Positions 37,763 to 46,101 of a stretch of DNA of 64,000 bases are shown piece after piece. Origin of the DNA: a bacterium (lineage in GTDB: Bacteria; Patescibacteriota; Microgenomatia; UBA8517). A program made the translations under genes and the position numbers. Location: contig CP129472.1 in assembly GCA_030583725.1 (NCBI GenBank), forward strand, positions 142,958 through 206,957, in the 5' to 3' direction. Within the stretch, counting starts at the first letter, position 1; each line of letters opens with the position of its first letter. The notes under the pieces were generated by a model. The model saw nothing but the letters and a program-made list of their open reading frames with translations. It had not been told where the DNA came from and made no database searches.

Positions 37763-37960
37763 TTACTGATTTTGTTCATCTTCACCTTTTTTGTCTTCTT
37801 CCCAAACTTTACCTTTCTTTTTAATATTTTCCTTAATAATTTCTTCTTGAACTATTGGTCTTTGATCACCACCCCGAGGAATCTTTTTCTTTTTATCTTT
37901 TTCTAGTGATTCTTCAAGAATTTTTTTTATATCTTCATCAGACAACTGTTTTTCACCCAT
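37763..37960 (-). CDS. small Lys/Glu-rich hypothetical protein
   Basis: 65 aa from internal ATG (MGEKQLSDEDIKK...); trimmed so it does not overlap the upstream PQ-loop gene. Confidence 0.2.
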   Translation of the reverse strand: MGEKQLSDEDIKKILEESLEKDKKKKIPRGGDQRPIVQEEIIKENIKKKGKVWEEDKKGEDEQNQ

Positions 37961-37973
37961 ATATTTGATTTTT

Positions 37974-38297
37974 TTAAGTAATTTTATAAATTGTAACACC
38001 AAACCAAACTGCAAAATCAAAAACTACCCATAATCCATTTAATAAAATCATTGGAAAATCTTTTCTTTTTAAGGAATACATTAACAAAGGTATAGTTAGT
38101 AAACCATACATTAACCAAGTAAAAGAAGAAACTCCTTCAGTTTGGCGTTTGACGTAAATAATGTAAAGCTGATCTAAGGTGGTAAAGGGAAGTAAAACTG
38201 CACAAATATTAGTAACTAAATCTAATCTATCATCCACTCCATTTTTGTTTTTATCTAAAAGAAGAACTTGTTTATTTTTGTATTTTTTAATTATCAT
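37974..38297 (-). CDS. small 3-TM PQ-loop/SemiSWEET-like membrane protein
   Basis: 107 aa; 'LDQLYIIYVKRQTEGVSSFTWLMYGL' resembles the PQ-loop motif with P replaced. Confidence 0.35.
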   Translation of the reverse strand: MIIKKYKNKQVLLLDKNKNGVDDRLDLVTNICAVLLPFTTLDQLYIIYVKRQTEGVSSFTWLMYGLLTIPLLMYSLKRKDFPMILLNGLWVVFDFAVWFGVTIYKIT

Positions 38298-38321
38298 TGA
38301 TTTTAAGATAAATATCTTAGA

Positions 38322-38669
38322 TCATATACTGATATCTATTTCAGCCTTTACCCTAAACCTATTTTTGTCCCCCTTAATCCTACCCGCCTCACTACCGGTG
38401 ACATTAGCAGACACGTTAATTCCATCATTTAGAACACCATCAACACCTATAATCTCCCCATCAATAAACTTGCTGGCCATTCCAATCAGTACTGAGCTCT
38501 CAGGTCCATTTAACTTTGTTCGTGTTTCATTTTCATGCCTGTAAATTGATCCATGAGAATAAGAAGATCTTTCTAAAATTTTCTCATAGAACTTAAGAAA
38601 CTGATCCTCAACCACAGAATCTAAAAAAACTATGTCTACGCACAGCTGTTTCGTGTATTTAGTTCTCAT
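38322..38669 (-). CDS. hypothetical protein (GC-elevated islet)
   Basis: 115 aa; Gly-rich beta pattern 'IDGEIIGVDGVLNDGINVSANVTGSEAGRIKG'; no confident family. Confidence 0.3.
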   Translation of the reverse strand: MRTKYTKQLCVDIVFLDSVVEDQFLKFYEKILERSSYSHGSIYRHENETRTKLNGPESSVLIGMASKFIDGEIIGVDGVLNDGINVSANVTGSEAGRIKGDKNRFRVKAEIDISI

Positions 38670-38778
38670 AACTACTGGTAGTATACCAAAGATTTATATT
38701 TCCGTACTATCCACCTCTAATTAATTTAACAGAATCAATGATACGAGTTTAGAATCCAATTAACACTTTGGTAAGTAT

Positions 38779-39141
38779 TTATAAAGTTTCGTTGTGTGGT
38801 CTTATAAATTGCCTTTTTTCACACATTTGTAAGAATTTGTGAAAATCGGTTACATCGTTTTTATTCATCTCAGAAATTAATGTATCAGCAATCTCTTCAT
38901 TTTCCTCGTCTAAATGAAAAGCTACACTCAAACTTGGTCCTACTAATTGTAAAACTCTAGCCAACCTATGATTTCCATCTACAGCCACCAAACCAAGAGC
39001 GCCCTGGCTTATTTTTATACCATGAGAAGACAAATCGACGGCTCCTTGTGCGAGTAGGCTAGGAATTGCTTTACAAGCCCTGCTCCAGTTCAATTCCCTT
39101 GTTCCATCTCCCGGATGAATAGAGTTGATACTTTCGATCAT
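38779..39141 (-). CDS. hypothetical protein (GC-elevated islet)
   Basis: 120 aa, no confident family. Confidence 0.3.
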   Translation of the reverse strand: MIESINSIHPGDGTRELNWSRACKAIPSLLAQGAVDLSSHGIKISQGALGLVAVDGNHRLARVLQLVGPSLSVAFHLDEENEEIADTLISEMNKNDVTDFHKFLQMCEKRQFIRPHNETL

Positions 39142-39262
39142 ACGTTATTATATAATCAATATTTGAATTTTGCAATATTATAGGTTAAAAGTTTGAGTTG
39201 GGAGATGGTACAGTCAAGTGTACTTTGTGCCTAAAATTCACGGCGAGGTCAATTGTACGAGT

Positions 39263-39820
39263 TTAGAGTTTGTGAATTATTTCTTTAATCTCCTTATTAG
39301 TTTTTACCTGTGCGATATTTGGTGAAAAGTATTTCATACTAACATCATGATGTGTTTGGTCATACGAACCAACACAATCTTTAGCTATTACAATTTCGTA
39401 ATCACGCATATAAGCATCGATAACTGTTGTACGTACACAGGCATGAGTATTTATTCCACAAAAAATTAGGTGGCTAGGTTTTAATTGAGTTAAAACTTCA
39501 TCCAAATTTGTTTTAAAGAAGCCACTATATCTTTTTTTAATGATAAAAGTGTCGTAATCACTCTCGTTCAATCCGTCAAGCAATTCGTTGTCCATTGTAC
39601 CTTCGGCCACTTCAACCTTACCAGACTTTTTATTTCCTAAAGGGGCATCACTTAAATCTGGTTTCATTGATTGTTTTATCCAGACAATAGAAAACTTTGA
39701 ATTTCTAAACTCATTAACTAAATCGTTTATATTTTGAACTAAATTATCTCTTTGTTTATTTAACTCTTCTTTTGCAAAAAAACCTTTTTGCATATCGATT
39801 ATAATTAAGGCTGGATTCAT
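39263..39820 (-). CDS. isochorismatase-family cysteine hydrolase (nicotinamidase-like)
   Basis: 'ALIIIDMQKGFF' N-terminus and catalytic Cys region 'LIFCGINTHACVRTTVIDAY'. Confidence 0.8.
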   Translation of the reverse strand: MNPALIIIDMQKGFFAKEELNKQRDNLVQNINDLVNEFRNSKFSIVWIKQSMKPDLSDAPLGNKKSGKVEVAEGTMDNELLDGLNESDYDTFIIKKRYSGFFKTNLDEVLTQLKPSHLIFCGINTHACVRTTVIDAYMRDYEIVIAKDCVGSYDQTHHDVSMKYFSPNIAQVKTNKEIKEIIHKL

Positions 39821-39918
39821 AAATATATTATACCAAAATACCCAACTTCGTTGTGAAGTATATACGGTTTGACATGGTTAACTGAAGCAAAATACTTAGT
39901 GACATCTATAAATTAACT

Positions 39919-40179
39919 TGGCGGGATCGACGAGACTCGAACTCGCAACCTCTTCCGTGCAATAAATCCTAAAGTTTCCTTTAAGCTTGGACTATCTCAT
40001 CAACCTCGTGGGTTGCCAGGTATATAGTCTCTACACATTTACGACGCATTTGCGACGATTTAGCTCGGGATTACCATTTTAAAGGTTTCCCCGAATTAGC
40101 CTGATGTTCATCTTTATATTGCTAAAAAGAGCTGCCACTTTCGACAGGGAAGCACTCTAACCAATTGAGCTACGACCCC
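39919..40179 (-). tRNA. tRNA-Asp (anticodon GUC) interrupted by a group I intron; CCA encoded
   Basis: 5' exon GGGGTCGTAGCTCAATTGGTTAGAGTGCTTCCCTGT plus 3' exon CACGGAAGAGGTTGCGAGTTCGAGTCTCGTCGATCCCGCCA assemble into a canonical cloverleaf (7-bp acceptor with one G-U, D GCTC/GAGT, anticodon CTTCC/GGAAG loop CUGUCAC, T GCGAG-TTCGAGT-CTCGT). Confidence 0.8.
39960..40143 (-). ncRNA. group I self-splicing intron (184 nt) between anticodon positions U35 and C36
   Basis: Follows exonic U, ends in G; P1-like hairpin with U-G at splice site; P/Q/R/S-like core elements AAUUCGGGGAAACC, AAUCCCGAGC, GUGUAGAGACUAUA, GAGAUAGUCCAAG (P7 GACUA/UAGUC). Confidence 0.75.
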
Positions 40180-40255
40180 ACCAAATTAACTTAATGGTAT
40201 TTTACTATAAAATAGACACGCGTGCTACCAATAATAATTTCTAGTTGGATAAAAC

Positions 40256-40513
40256 CTAATCTGAATATGTCTTTCCGACGACAATACCCTCTATTATTGA
40301 TCCGTCTTTAATATCCAGTGTCATGATTTCATGACAAACTTCACCAAAAAACGTTTTTGGGATGCTAATATGGCAAGCTACACGCGTTGCTACTGTCGAT
40401 CGGTCTACAGGATGACCCTTGTCTTGTGATATAACAACTTTACATTTGTTACAAATTACAAGATGGCCAGTTGAGTCCTTAACTGAAGTGATAGAAATAA
40501 TATCCTTTGACAT
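40256..40513 (-). CDS. hypothetical small protein with CxxC pair
   Basis: 85 aa from ATG 40513 (MSKDIISITSVKD...); 'VICNKCKV' and 'ACH...CHE' possible zinc-ribbon. Confidence 0.3.
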   Translation of the reverse strand: MSKDIISITSVKDSTGHLVICNKCKVVISQDKGHPVDRSTVATRVACHISIPKTFFGEVCHEIMTLDIKDGSIIEGIVVGKTYSD

Positions 40514-40683
40514 TTGGGTTATTATAGGTAGCGAAAGGCACAGAATCAATCACTTTCTAAAATGATGCCTAAGTTTGTCCCACTTGACTTCAAATCAAAT
40601 CTAATATAAATTGCGTTTAGCTTCTAAACACTTATAATTTTTTATAAAGTGACTTGCCCTTCAGAAGATTTTAAAAAATATGA

Positions 40684-41223
40684 TTGGTGGTGAATAATTT
40701 GAAATTTAACTTAAAAAAGACATTGAAAGCTATTAAACTTAATGAATCTTCAATTTCCATGGTCTTAGGTCTAATTGTTGTTTTAATTGTAGGAAGTTTG
40801 ACAGTTAAGTATTTGAGAAATGACAGTGGAAGAATCCCTGAAGAACTATTAAACAACTCAATCGAATCTACAACTAAAAAACATACTGTGGCAAAAGGTG
40901 AAAATCTTTGGATTTTGGCAGAAAATTACTATGGTGATGGTTTTAAATGGGTAGATATTGCAACTGAAAACAAATTAGAAAATGCATCTGTTATAGAAGA
41001 GGGGCAAGAATTGATAATTCCTAACCTTGAAATTGCAGAAGTAGAACAAACAGAGAATGCAATTACCTCAGCAACATATGAAGTAGTAAAAGGTGATTCA
41101 CTTTGGGATATATCAGTCAGAGCATATGGAGATGGTTATAGATGGGCAGACATTGCAAAAGCAAATAATATTGCTAATCCAAACATAATCCACTCAGGAA
41201 ATATACTTGTACTACCTAGGTAA
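40684..41223 (+). CDS. membrane-anchored protein with two LysM peptidoglycan-binding domains
   Basis: TM 'MVLGLIVVLIVGSLTV'; LysM 1 'HTVAKGENLWILAENYYGDGFKWVDIA', LysM 2 'YEVVKGDSLWDISVRAYGDGYRWADIAKANNI'; start ambiguous (TTG 40684 / GTG / later ATG). Confidence 0.7.
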   Translation: MVVNNLKFNLKKTLKAIKLNESSISMVLGLIVVLIVGSLTVKYLRNDSGRIPEELLNNSIESTTKKHTVAKGENLWILAENYYGDGFKWVDIATENKLENASVIEEGQELIIPNLEIAEVEQTENAITSATYEVVKGDSLWDISVRAYGDGYRWADIAKANNIANPNIIHSGNILVLPR

Positions 41224-41261
41224 AAATTGTTTTTAGATGAGGTAAAGATATATAATAATCT

Positions 41262-41390
41262 CGCTAAACAGCGGGGTATGAAATTATGTTTCATACCTAA
41301 AGTCTCTGCGGGATTAGTTAAACAGTCTAACACCTCCTTCCCAAGGAGGAGAAACGAGTGCGACCCTCGTATCCCGCTCAAAATTAAATT
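41262..41390. ncRNA. GC-rich structured RNA candidate in a convergent intergenic gap
   Basis: 11-bp long-range helix AGCGGGGUAUG(41269-79)/CGUAUCCCGCU(41377-87) with two G-U pairs, competing 10-bp local hairpin GGUAUGAAAU/GUUUCAUACC, 7-bp CCUCCUU/AAGGAGG hairpin; strand unresolved. Confidence 0.3.
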
Positions 41391-42430
41391 TAGTCCGTAT
41401 CTTCGGACAATTCTAGTGATTTGATATCAGGCAGTGCCCTTCCTGTTACCCCTTGAAGATCTCCATACATCCCATGAGTATGGTCAATTACTTTTCTAAT
41501 TTCTTTTTCTTGCCTTGCCCATTTGCTACTAAACCACCTTTTTTCTTTTTCTATATCTTCTTGCATGGTTCCAAAGGCTTCTACGATTCCTTCTACTCTA
41601 TGTTTAAATTCATTTCCAGTCAAATACTCATACAACACCTTCATTTTTTCATCTACGTTGGTGGCGTTTTGTTTTTCATGATAGATATTCACAAGATTGA
41701 ATCGTAGAGACATGGCAAGAAGTGTAAAATTACTAATATTACAAACCCAAACCCCATCTTTAAAACCAACACCTTTATCTTTTAAGTCTTCTGGCAAATT
41801 AATTGAGACTAGGACTGCAAGGTCAGCCTTGGCCTGTCTTTGATCTTCTTTAAGTTTGGTAATCCAAGTATCACTCCATTTTGCATTTTTACTTTCCCAG
41901 ATTATGTTTCCGCAATTTCTGCCTAATTTATCAACTACGGTCTGGATTACATCAGCACCCCTAACACCTTTTTTAACTTCATTAATTTCATCATTAGGAA
42001 ATTCCTGTTTTAATTTAGTCTCAATTGTAAGTTCAAGTGTTTCTCCTTGTGTTTGTTGTGATCCTTGATTAGCTTTCTTTTGTGCTTCTTCAAGTGATTT
42101 TTTAAGGTCATTAATTAATTTTTCTTTTTCTACATCTTTTAACTGATGTTCTTCTGCAGCTTTTTTCCTAGCTTCACTTCTGATTGTGTCTTCACTCTCC
42201 ATTAGTTTCTTTTTCATCTCTACTTCTCTCATTTCATCTTTTTCACGCAGGGTTTTTATTTCATCAAGAAGTTTGCCCATATCTGACGTGAATTTTCTTC
42301 TAACTTCATCAACCTCATTTTGGGCTTTTTTACGTTCTTCTAAAATTATGGAGTCTTTAATATCATGGGCTAGTTGCTCAGCAACATCAATTATATTCCC
42401 ACATTTATTACATTTAACAGTATTTGCCAT
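41390..42430 (-). CDS. zinc-ribbon/coiled-coil protein with C-terminal PD-(D/E)xK-like nuclease motif (DUF2130-like), MGE-associated
   Basis: N-terminal 'CNKCGN', long Lys/Glu coiled coil, C-terminal 'GADVIQTV...GNIIWESKNAKW' (D...E-x-K). Confidence 0.5.
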   Translation of the reverse strand: MANTVKCNKCGNIIDVAEQLAHDIKDSIILEERKKAQNEVDEVRRKFTSDMGKLLDEIKTLREKDEMREVEMKKKLMESEDTIRSEARKKAAEEHQLKDVEKEKLINDLKKSLEEAQKKANQGSQQTQGETLELTIETKLKQEFPNDEINEVKKGVRGADVIQTVVDKLGRNCGNIIWESKNAKWSDTWITKLKEDQRQAKADLAVLVSINLPEDLKDKGVGFKDGVWVCNISNFTLLAMSLRFNLVNIYHEKQNATNVDEKMKVLYEYLTGNEFKHRVEGIVEAFGTMQEDIEKEKRWFSSKWARQEKEIRKVIDHTHGMYGDLQGVTGRALPDIKSLELSEDTD

Positions 42431-42433
42431 AGT

Positions 42434-43252
42434 TTATTTTTTGTTTTTCAATTTTAAATAATTTCTGCCAGTTACCACTTTTTGGTTTGTTTTTGATTCT
42501 AAGTCAAGCCTTGCTCGTTTCGCTATTCTACCACCTTTAACAGCAGGAATTTTATTCTCTTTAAAGCCAACTGCATTTTCTGCTTCTGAAATTTGCCTTG
42601 TTGAAAGTTCAGCTAAAGCAGTAAATATCAATTCAGCATCAGACATGTGATCTCTTAAATTTTGATTAGCCAGACCTTTTAGGTTTTTGTGCTCCCTAAC
42701 TGTCAAATCGCTCCACTCTTGATGGATGATGTTTGTTAATATTGCATATTCATTTTCCTTTTTAACCTTGTGATCCTTCCAGTAATCTGTCAACTTGTTT
42801 CGTATTTCCTGACCCATCATTCTCTGCTGTATCCATTTTTGGCTCCTACCCATTCTTTGCCAGTAGTCCCGAGCCCGGTTTAAAGACCTTTCAGGATCTG
42901 ACATATCTTGAATTCTTTGATGGCCTACTTTTGCCAGCCAAAGTTTAATCGGCTCGGCTTTTGGAGATGTAACAGACTGGATTAAACGAAACAAAGTTTC
43001 AACGTCAGCAGCATCAGTCAAGTATTTCTTGCCATCAGTTGAGATCATTTTCAGTTGTACGATTTTTTCGTACACCTTACTATTTTCCAACTTTAACTTA
43101 CGTTTTAGATCAGATAGATATCGTTTTGGAATACTGCTTTCAGTGAGCAAGCCAATTATATCCACTACAGAAAAAAACCATTTTTCTTGTTTTTCATCCC
43201 AATGCCTGCGAATATTTTTTCCTTTAAATATTACTAAATCCTTGGAGGTCAT
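42434..43252 (-). CDS. Bro-N domain protein (phage antirepressor/DinD-like)
   Basis: 'DLVIFKGKNIRRHWDEKQEKWFFSVVDIIGLLTES' Bro-N signature; start at MTSKDL. Confidence 0.55.
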   Translation of the reverse strand: MTSKDLVIFKGKNIRRHWDEKQEKWFFSVVDIIGLLTESSIPKRYLSDLKRKLKLENSKVYEKIVQLKMISTDGKKYLTDAADVETLFRLIQSVTSPKAEPIKLWLAKVGHQRIQDMSDPERSLNRARDYWQRMGRSQKWIQQRMMGQEIRNKLTDYWKDHKVKKENEYAILTNIIHQEWSDLTVREHKNLKGLANQNLRDHMSDAELIFTALAELSTRQISEAENAVGFKENKIPAVKGGRIAKRARLDLESKTNQKVVTGRNYLKLKNKK

Positions 43253-43325
43253 AATTAACAATAACCCCAAGATAATACGAAGTCAATATACATAATCTGT
43301 CAAAAACTATATAATTCCTATGTAC

Positions 43326-43398
43326 GCCGGGGTAACTCAGCTGGTAGAGTAGCTGTATCGTAAACAGCAAGTCGTGAGTTCGAATCTCACCCTCGGCT
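43326..43398 (+). tRNA. tRNA-Thr (anticodon CGU)
   Basis: GCCGGGG-TA-ACTC-AGCTGGTA-GAGT-A-GCTGT-ATCGTAA-ACAGC-AAGTC-GTGAG-TTCGAAT-CTCAC-CCTCGGC-T; all stems pair (one G-U in acceptor); CCA not encoded. Confidence 0.85.
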
Positions 43399-43402
43399 CA
43401 AA

Positions 43403-44762
43403 ATGCTTACAAAATCAGACTTTTTATTATTTTTAAAAGCTCCACTACATCTCTGGGCCAAGAAACACAAAAAATTAGACAAAAAGACCCCCTCTGCATA
43501 TGAACAACATTTAATGAAGCAAGGATATGATGTTGAAAAACTTGCAAGAAAACTATTACCTCACGCAGTTTGGCAAAAACCATATATTACTGATGAACTA
43601 GAAATCAGGCAGGATGCATTAATCAAGTTTGATGATGGTAGCGCTAATTTATATGAAGTTAAAAGCTCAACAGAAGTGAAAAAGGAACATTTGTTTGATT
43701 TAGCCTTTCAAGCAATTGCCACAGAAGAAAAGGTAAAACTTAAAAAAGTTTTCACGGTTACTATAAATAAGGATTATGTCAAAAAAGGTGAAATTGATGT
43801 TAACGCATTTTTTGTAATTACAGACTTAACAAAGCAAATTAGGGAATTAAAACCAGTAGTGCAAGAAAAGATTCTAGACGCCATAAATGTAGCAAATAAA
43901 GAAAGTAAAGACTATATAGAAAACTGCCTAAACCCCAAAACCTGCCCCTGTATTAATCTCTGCTATCCAAATCTACCGGAGAAATCAATTTTTAATATAC
44001 CCTACTTAAATTACAAAAAGAAAAGAGAGTTAGTAGATATGAAAATACTAGACATTACAAAAATTCCAGAGAGTATTGAGTTAAACGAAAAACAAAAAAG
44101 AGTAGTCACAGTAATTTCAAACAACAAGCCATACTTAAACAGTCAAAGATTAAAAGAGTTTTTAGATTCTTTTACATATCCAATTTACTTTTTAGACTAT
44201 GAAACATATTCACTAGCAATACCAATTTATAATAACTACAAGCCATATCAACACATGGTTTTTCAGTATTCACTGCACATAGTAAATAATGATGGAACAG
44301 TAACACATAAAGAGTATTTAGAAACTGAAACAGGAGACCCATCAAAAAATTTAATTAAAAAGTTAAAAAAAGACATAGGCCCAGTTGGCTCAGTCGTTTC
44401 ATGGAATAAACAGTTTGAATGTAGCAGAAATAACGATATGGCACTTCTCTACCCTGAATATAAAGAATTTTTAGAAGGTATTAATAATAGAATGATTGAC
44501 CTTGCTGATTTCATAAACAAAGAAATATATATTCACCCAGACTTTTTTAGGTAGCTGGTCTATCAAAAATGTTTTACCTGTCATGGTTCCTGAGCTTTCC
44601 TACAAAAAATTAAAAGTAAACAAAGGAGACCAAGCAATGTTAACTTGGTGGGAGATGGTAAATAGTAAAACGAAAAGTGAAGCAAAAGATCTCTTGGAAT
44701 ACTGTGCTCTCGATACCCTCGCCATGGTTAAAATTTGGGAAAAGCTAAAAACAATCTTATAA
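43403..44762 (+). pseudogene. Cas4/RecB-like PD-(D/E)xK nuclease fused to DEDDy-type 3'-5' exonuclease (DUF83-DUF2779 architecture), interrupted by a frameshift in a T6 run
   Basis: N-terminal 'DALIKFDD...LYEVKSS' + 'QAIA' + Cys cluster 'CLNPKTCPCINLC'; exo motifs 'FLDYETYS', 'SWNKQFE'; track ORF stops at TAG 44552 right after TTTTTT (44543-48); frame 0 continues '...MLTWWEMVNS...LLEYCALDTLAM' (Y-x3-D) to 44762. Confidence 0.5.
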
Positions 44763-44797
44763 ATATTTATCTATACATCGTGTGCTCAATAAAAGAA

Positions 44798-45589
44798 TTA
44801 TGCATTTGCTACAGTTTGAGAAGCTCTGTGCTCTTTCTTGTGCACTCGTTTGATTTGATCTGTTAGTTTGACCAACTTTTCTCTAATATCCTTCAATTCT
44901 TTTAACCTTTTCTGTATATCTGCATTGCCAATGAGTGCAGCGTGCAATCCCGTAACCCTCTGGTTTGGTGCAGACCATCCGATGTATTTGCATATTTGCT
45001 GGTCAGTCATGTTAGAAAATAATCTTCCTCTAAGATACTGAATTACCGATCTATCATTTGCAGCATCCACATTGTGCTGATGGTGATTTGCTCTGACATT
45101 TTGGTAAAGAATACCTTCCATTTTCTCTCCTAATACGTAGGCTTTTCGAGTAAGCTGATAAAAATCGTTATATTTGTTTATAAGATCGTTGTCTGGGTAA
45201 TATGCATCGTGGTTGTTTATCTGGTCAAAGTTTGCTTGATATACATCAAACAATGGATTGATGTGTGACCCATCAAAATAGAATTTATTGAGGCCGCTCA
45301 AGTTCCAAACACTTGGACCTCTATCATAAGCTTCTTGGATATCGACCAATAGCCTACGTTCATAAAATGACTTTGCCCGAGACTTGCTTGCTTGATACTC
45401 ATTTGATTCCTGAAGATAGTAAAAGATTGCAGCAATAACACCCCCGACAATTCCACCTCCGACAATTTCAGATGTTAGGTTGTCTTTCAATGATTGACCC
45501 AAAGAAGAACATAAATTGATTGCAACTATAGCCAATATGCACAAAAGCGATATTGCCGCAATAAATTTCAATAATCTTTTTTGATCCAT
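44798..45589 (-). CDS. hypothetical membrane protein (two N-terminal TM helices, Gly-zipper 'GGGIVGGVIAAIF')
   Basis: 263 aa; co-directional with and immediately downstream of the R-M cassette. Confidence 0.4.
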   Translation of the reverse strand: MDQKRLLKFIAAISLLCILAIVAINLCSSLGQSLKDNLTSEIVGGGIVGGVIAAIFYYLQESNEYQASKSRAKSFYERRLLVDIQEAYDRGPSVWNLSGLNKFYFDGSHINPLFDVYQANFDQINNHDAYYPDNDLINKYNDFYQLTRKAYVLGEKMEGILYQNVRANHHQHNVDAANDRSVIQYLRGRLFSNMTDQQICKYIGWSAPNQRVTGLHAALIGNADIQKRLKELKDIREKLVKLTDQIKRVHKKEHRASQTVANA

Positions 45590-45600
45590 AGGTTACATTA

Positions 45601-46101
45601 TTATTTGTTATATAAAATATTTGAATTATTACAAACTAACTTTGTTATACTTATATTCCATGCTCGCATTGTTTTATGCCAATGTCTGAATTTTAGAAAT
45701 TGGTCCCATGTTAATTCAAGAATCAATTTTGGCATATAATTTTTGTCGATTTGAACAAGAATTAGATATTCGAATTTCTTTTCCGGAATTTCTACATCTC
45801 CAGGATTTCCCATGCCGTGAAATACACCTGTAGTTTTGTTCGGTTCAGACATCGTTTTTATACTATATCTGTCCCCATTATTACTAGTAGCGTCAATATT
45901 TTTTGTGCCCTTTTGAACTAGTTGTAATTTAGAATAATTTGGCTTTGAGTTGCAAATTGAAACAACCAAAAACTCACCTCTGTCACCTATTATATTATTA
46001 GTTCTAACTAAACCTCTTTTTCTTAATTCAGATACTGAATTTGCATATAACAACCAAAGTTCATCATTTGATACTGAATCTAGATCATCCATCTTTATCA
46101 A
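45601..46101 (-). CDS. small nuclease-fold-like hypothetical protein
   Basis: 166 aa; 'IGDRGEFLVVSI...LQLVQKGTKNIDA...RYSIKTM' loosely fits a PD-(D/E)xK/Hjc-Mrr-like core; 17-nt overlap with upstream gene. Confidence 0.3.
   Translation of the reverse strand: MIKMDDLDSVSNDELWLLYANSVSELRKRGLVRTNNIIGDRGEFLVVSICNSKPNYSKLQLVQKGTKNIDATSNNGDRYSIKTMSEPNKTTGVFHGMGNPGDVEIPEKKFEYLILVQIDKNYMPKLILELTWDQFLKFRHWHKTMRAWNISITKLVCNNSNILYNK

Noticed and set aside
39919-40179. Considered tmRNA (ssrA) because of the tRNA-like 3' end and ~260-nt length
   Set aside because: The 5' 36 nt are a complete tRNA 5' half (D-arm plus anticodon stem), not a tmRNA 5' acceptor strand. No tag-peptide ORF or resume codon was seen. 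Exons assemble into a perfect tRNA-Asp, and the insert carries group I P/Q/R/S elements.
41335-41372. SD (AAGGAGG) followed by GTG as a small-ORF start inside the structured element
   Set aside because: The frame gives only 9 codons, and the SD is sequestered in a hairpin with an anti-SD-like strand. Treated as RNA structure, not a gene.
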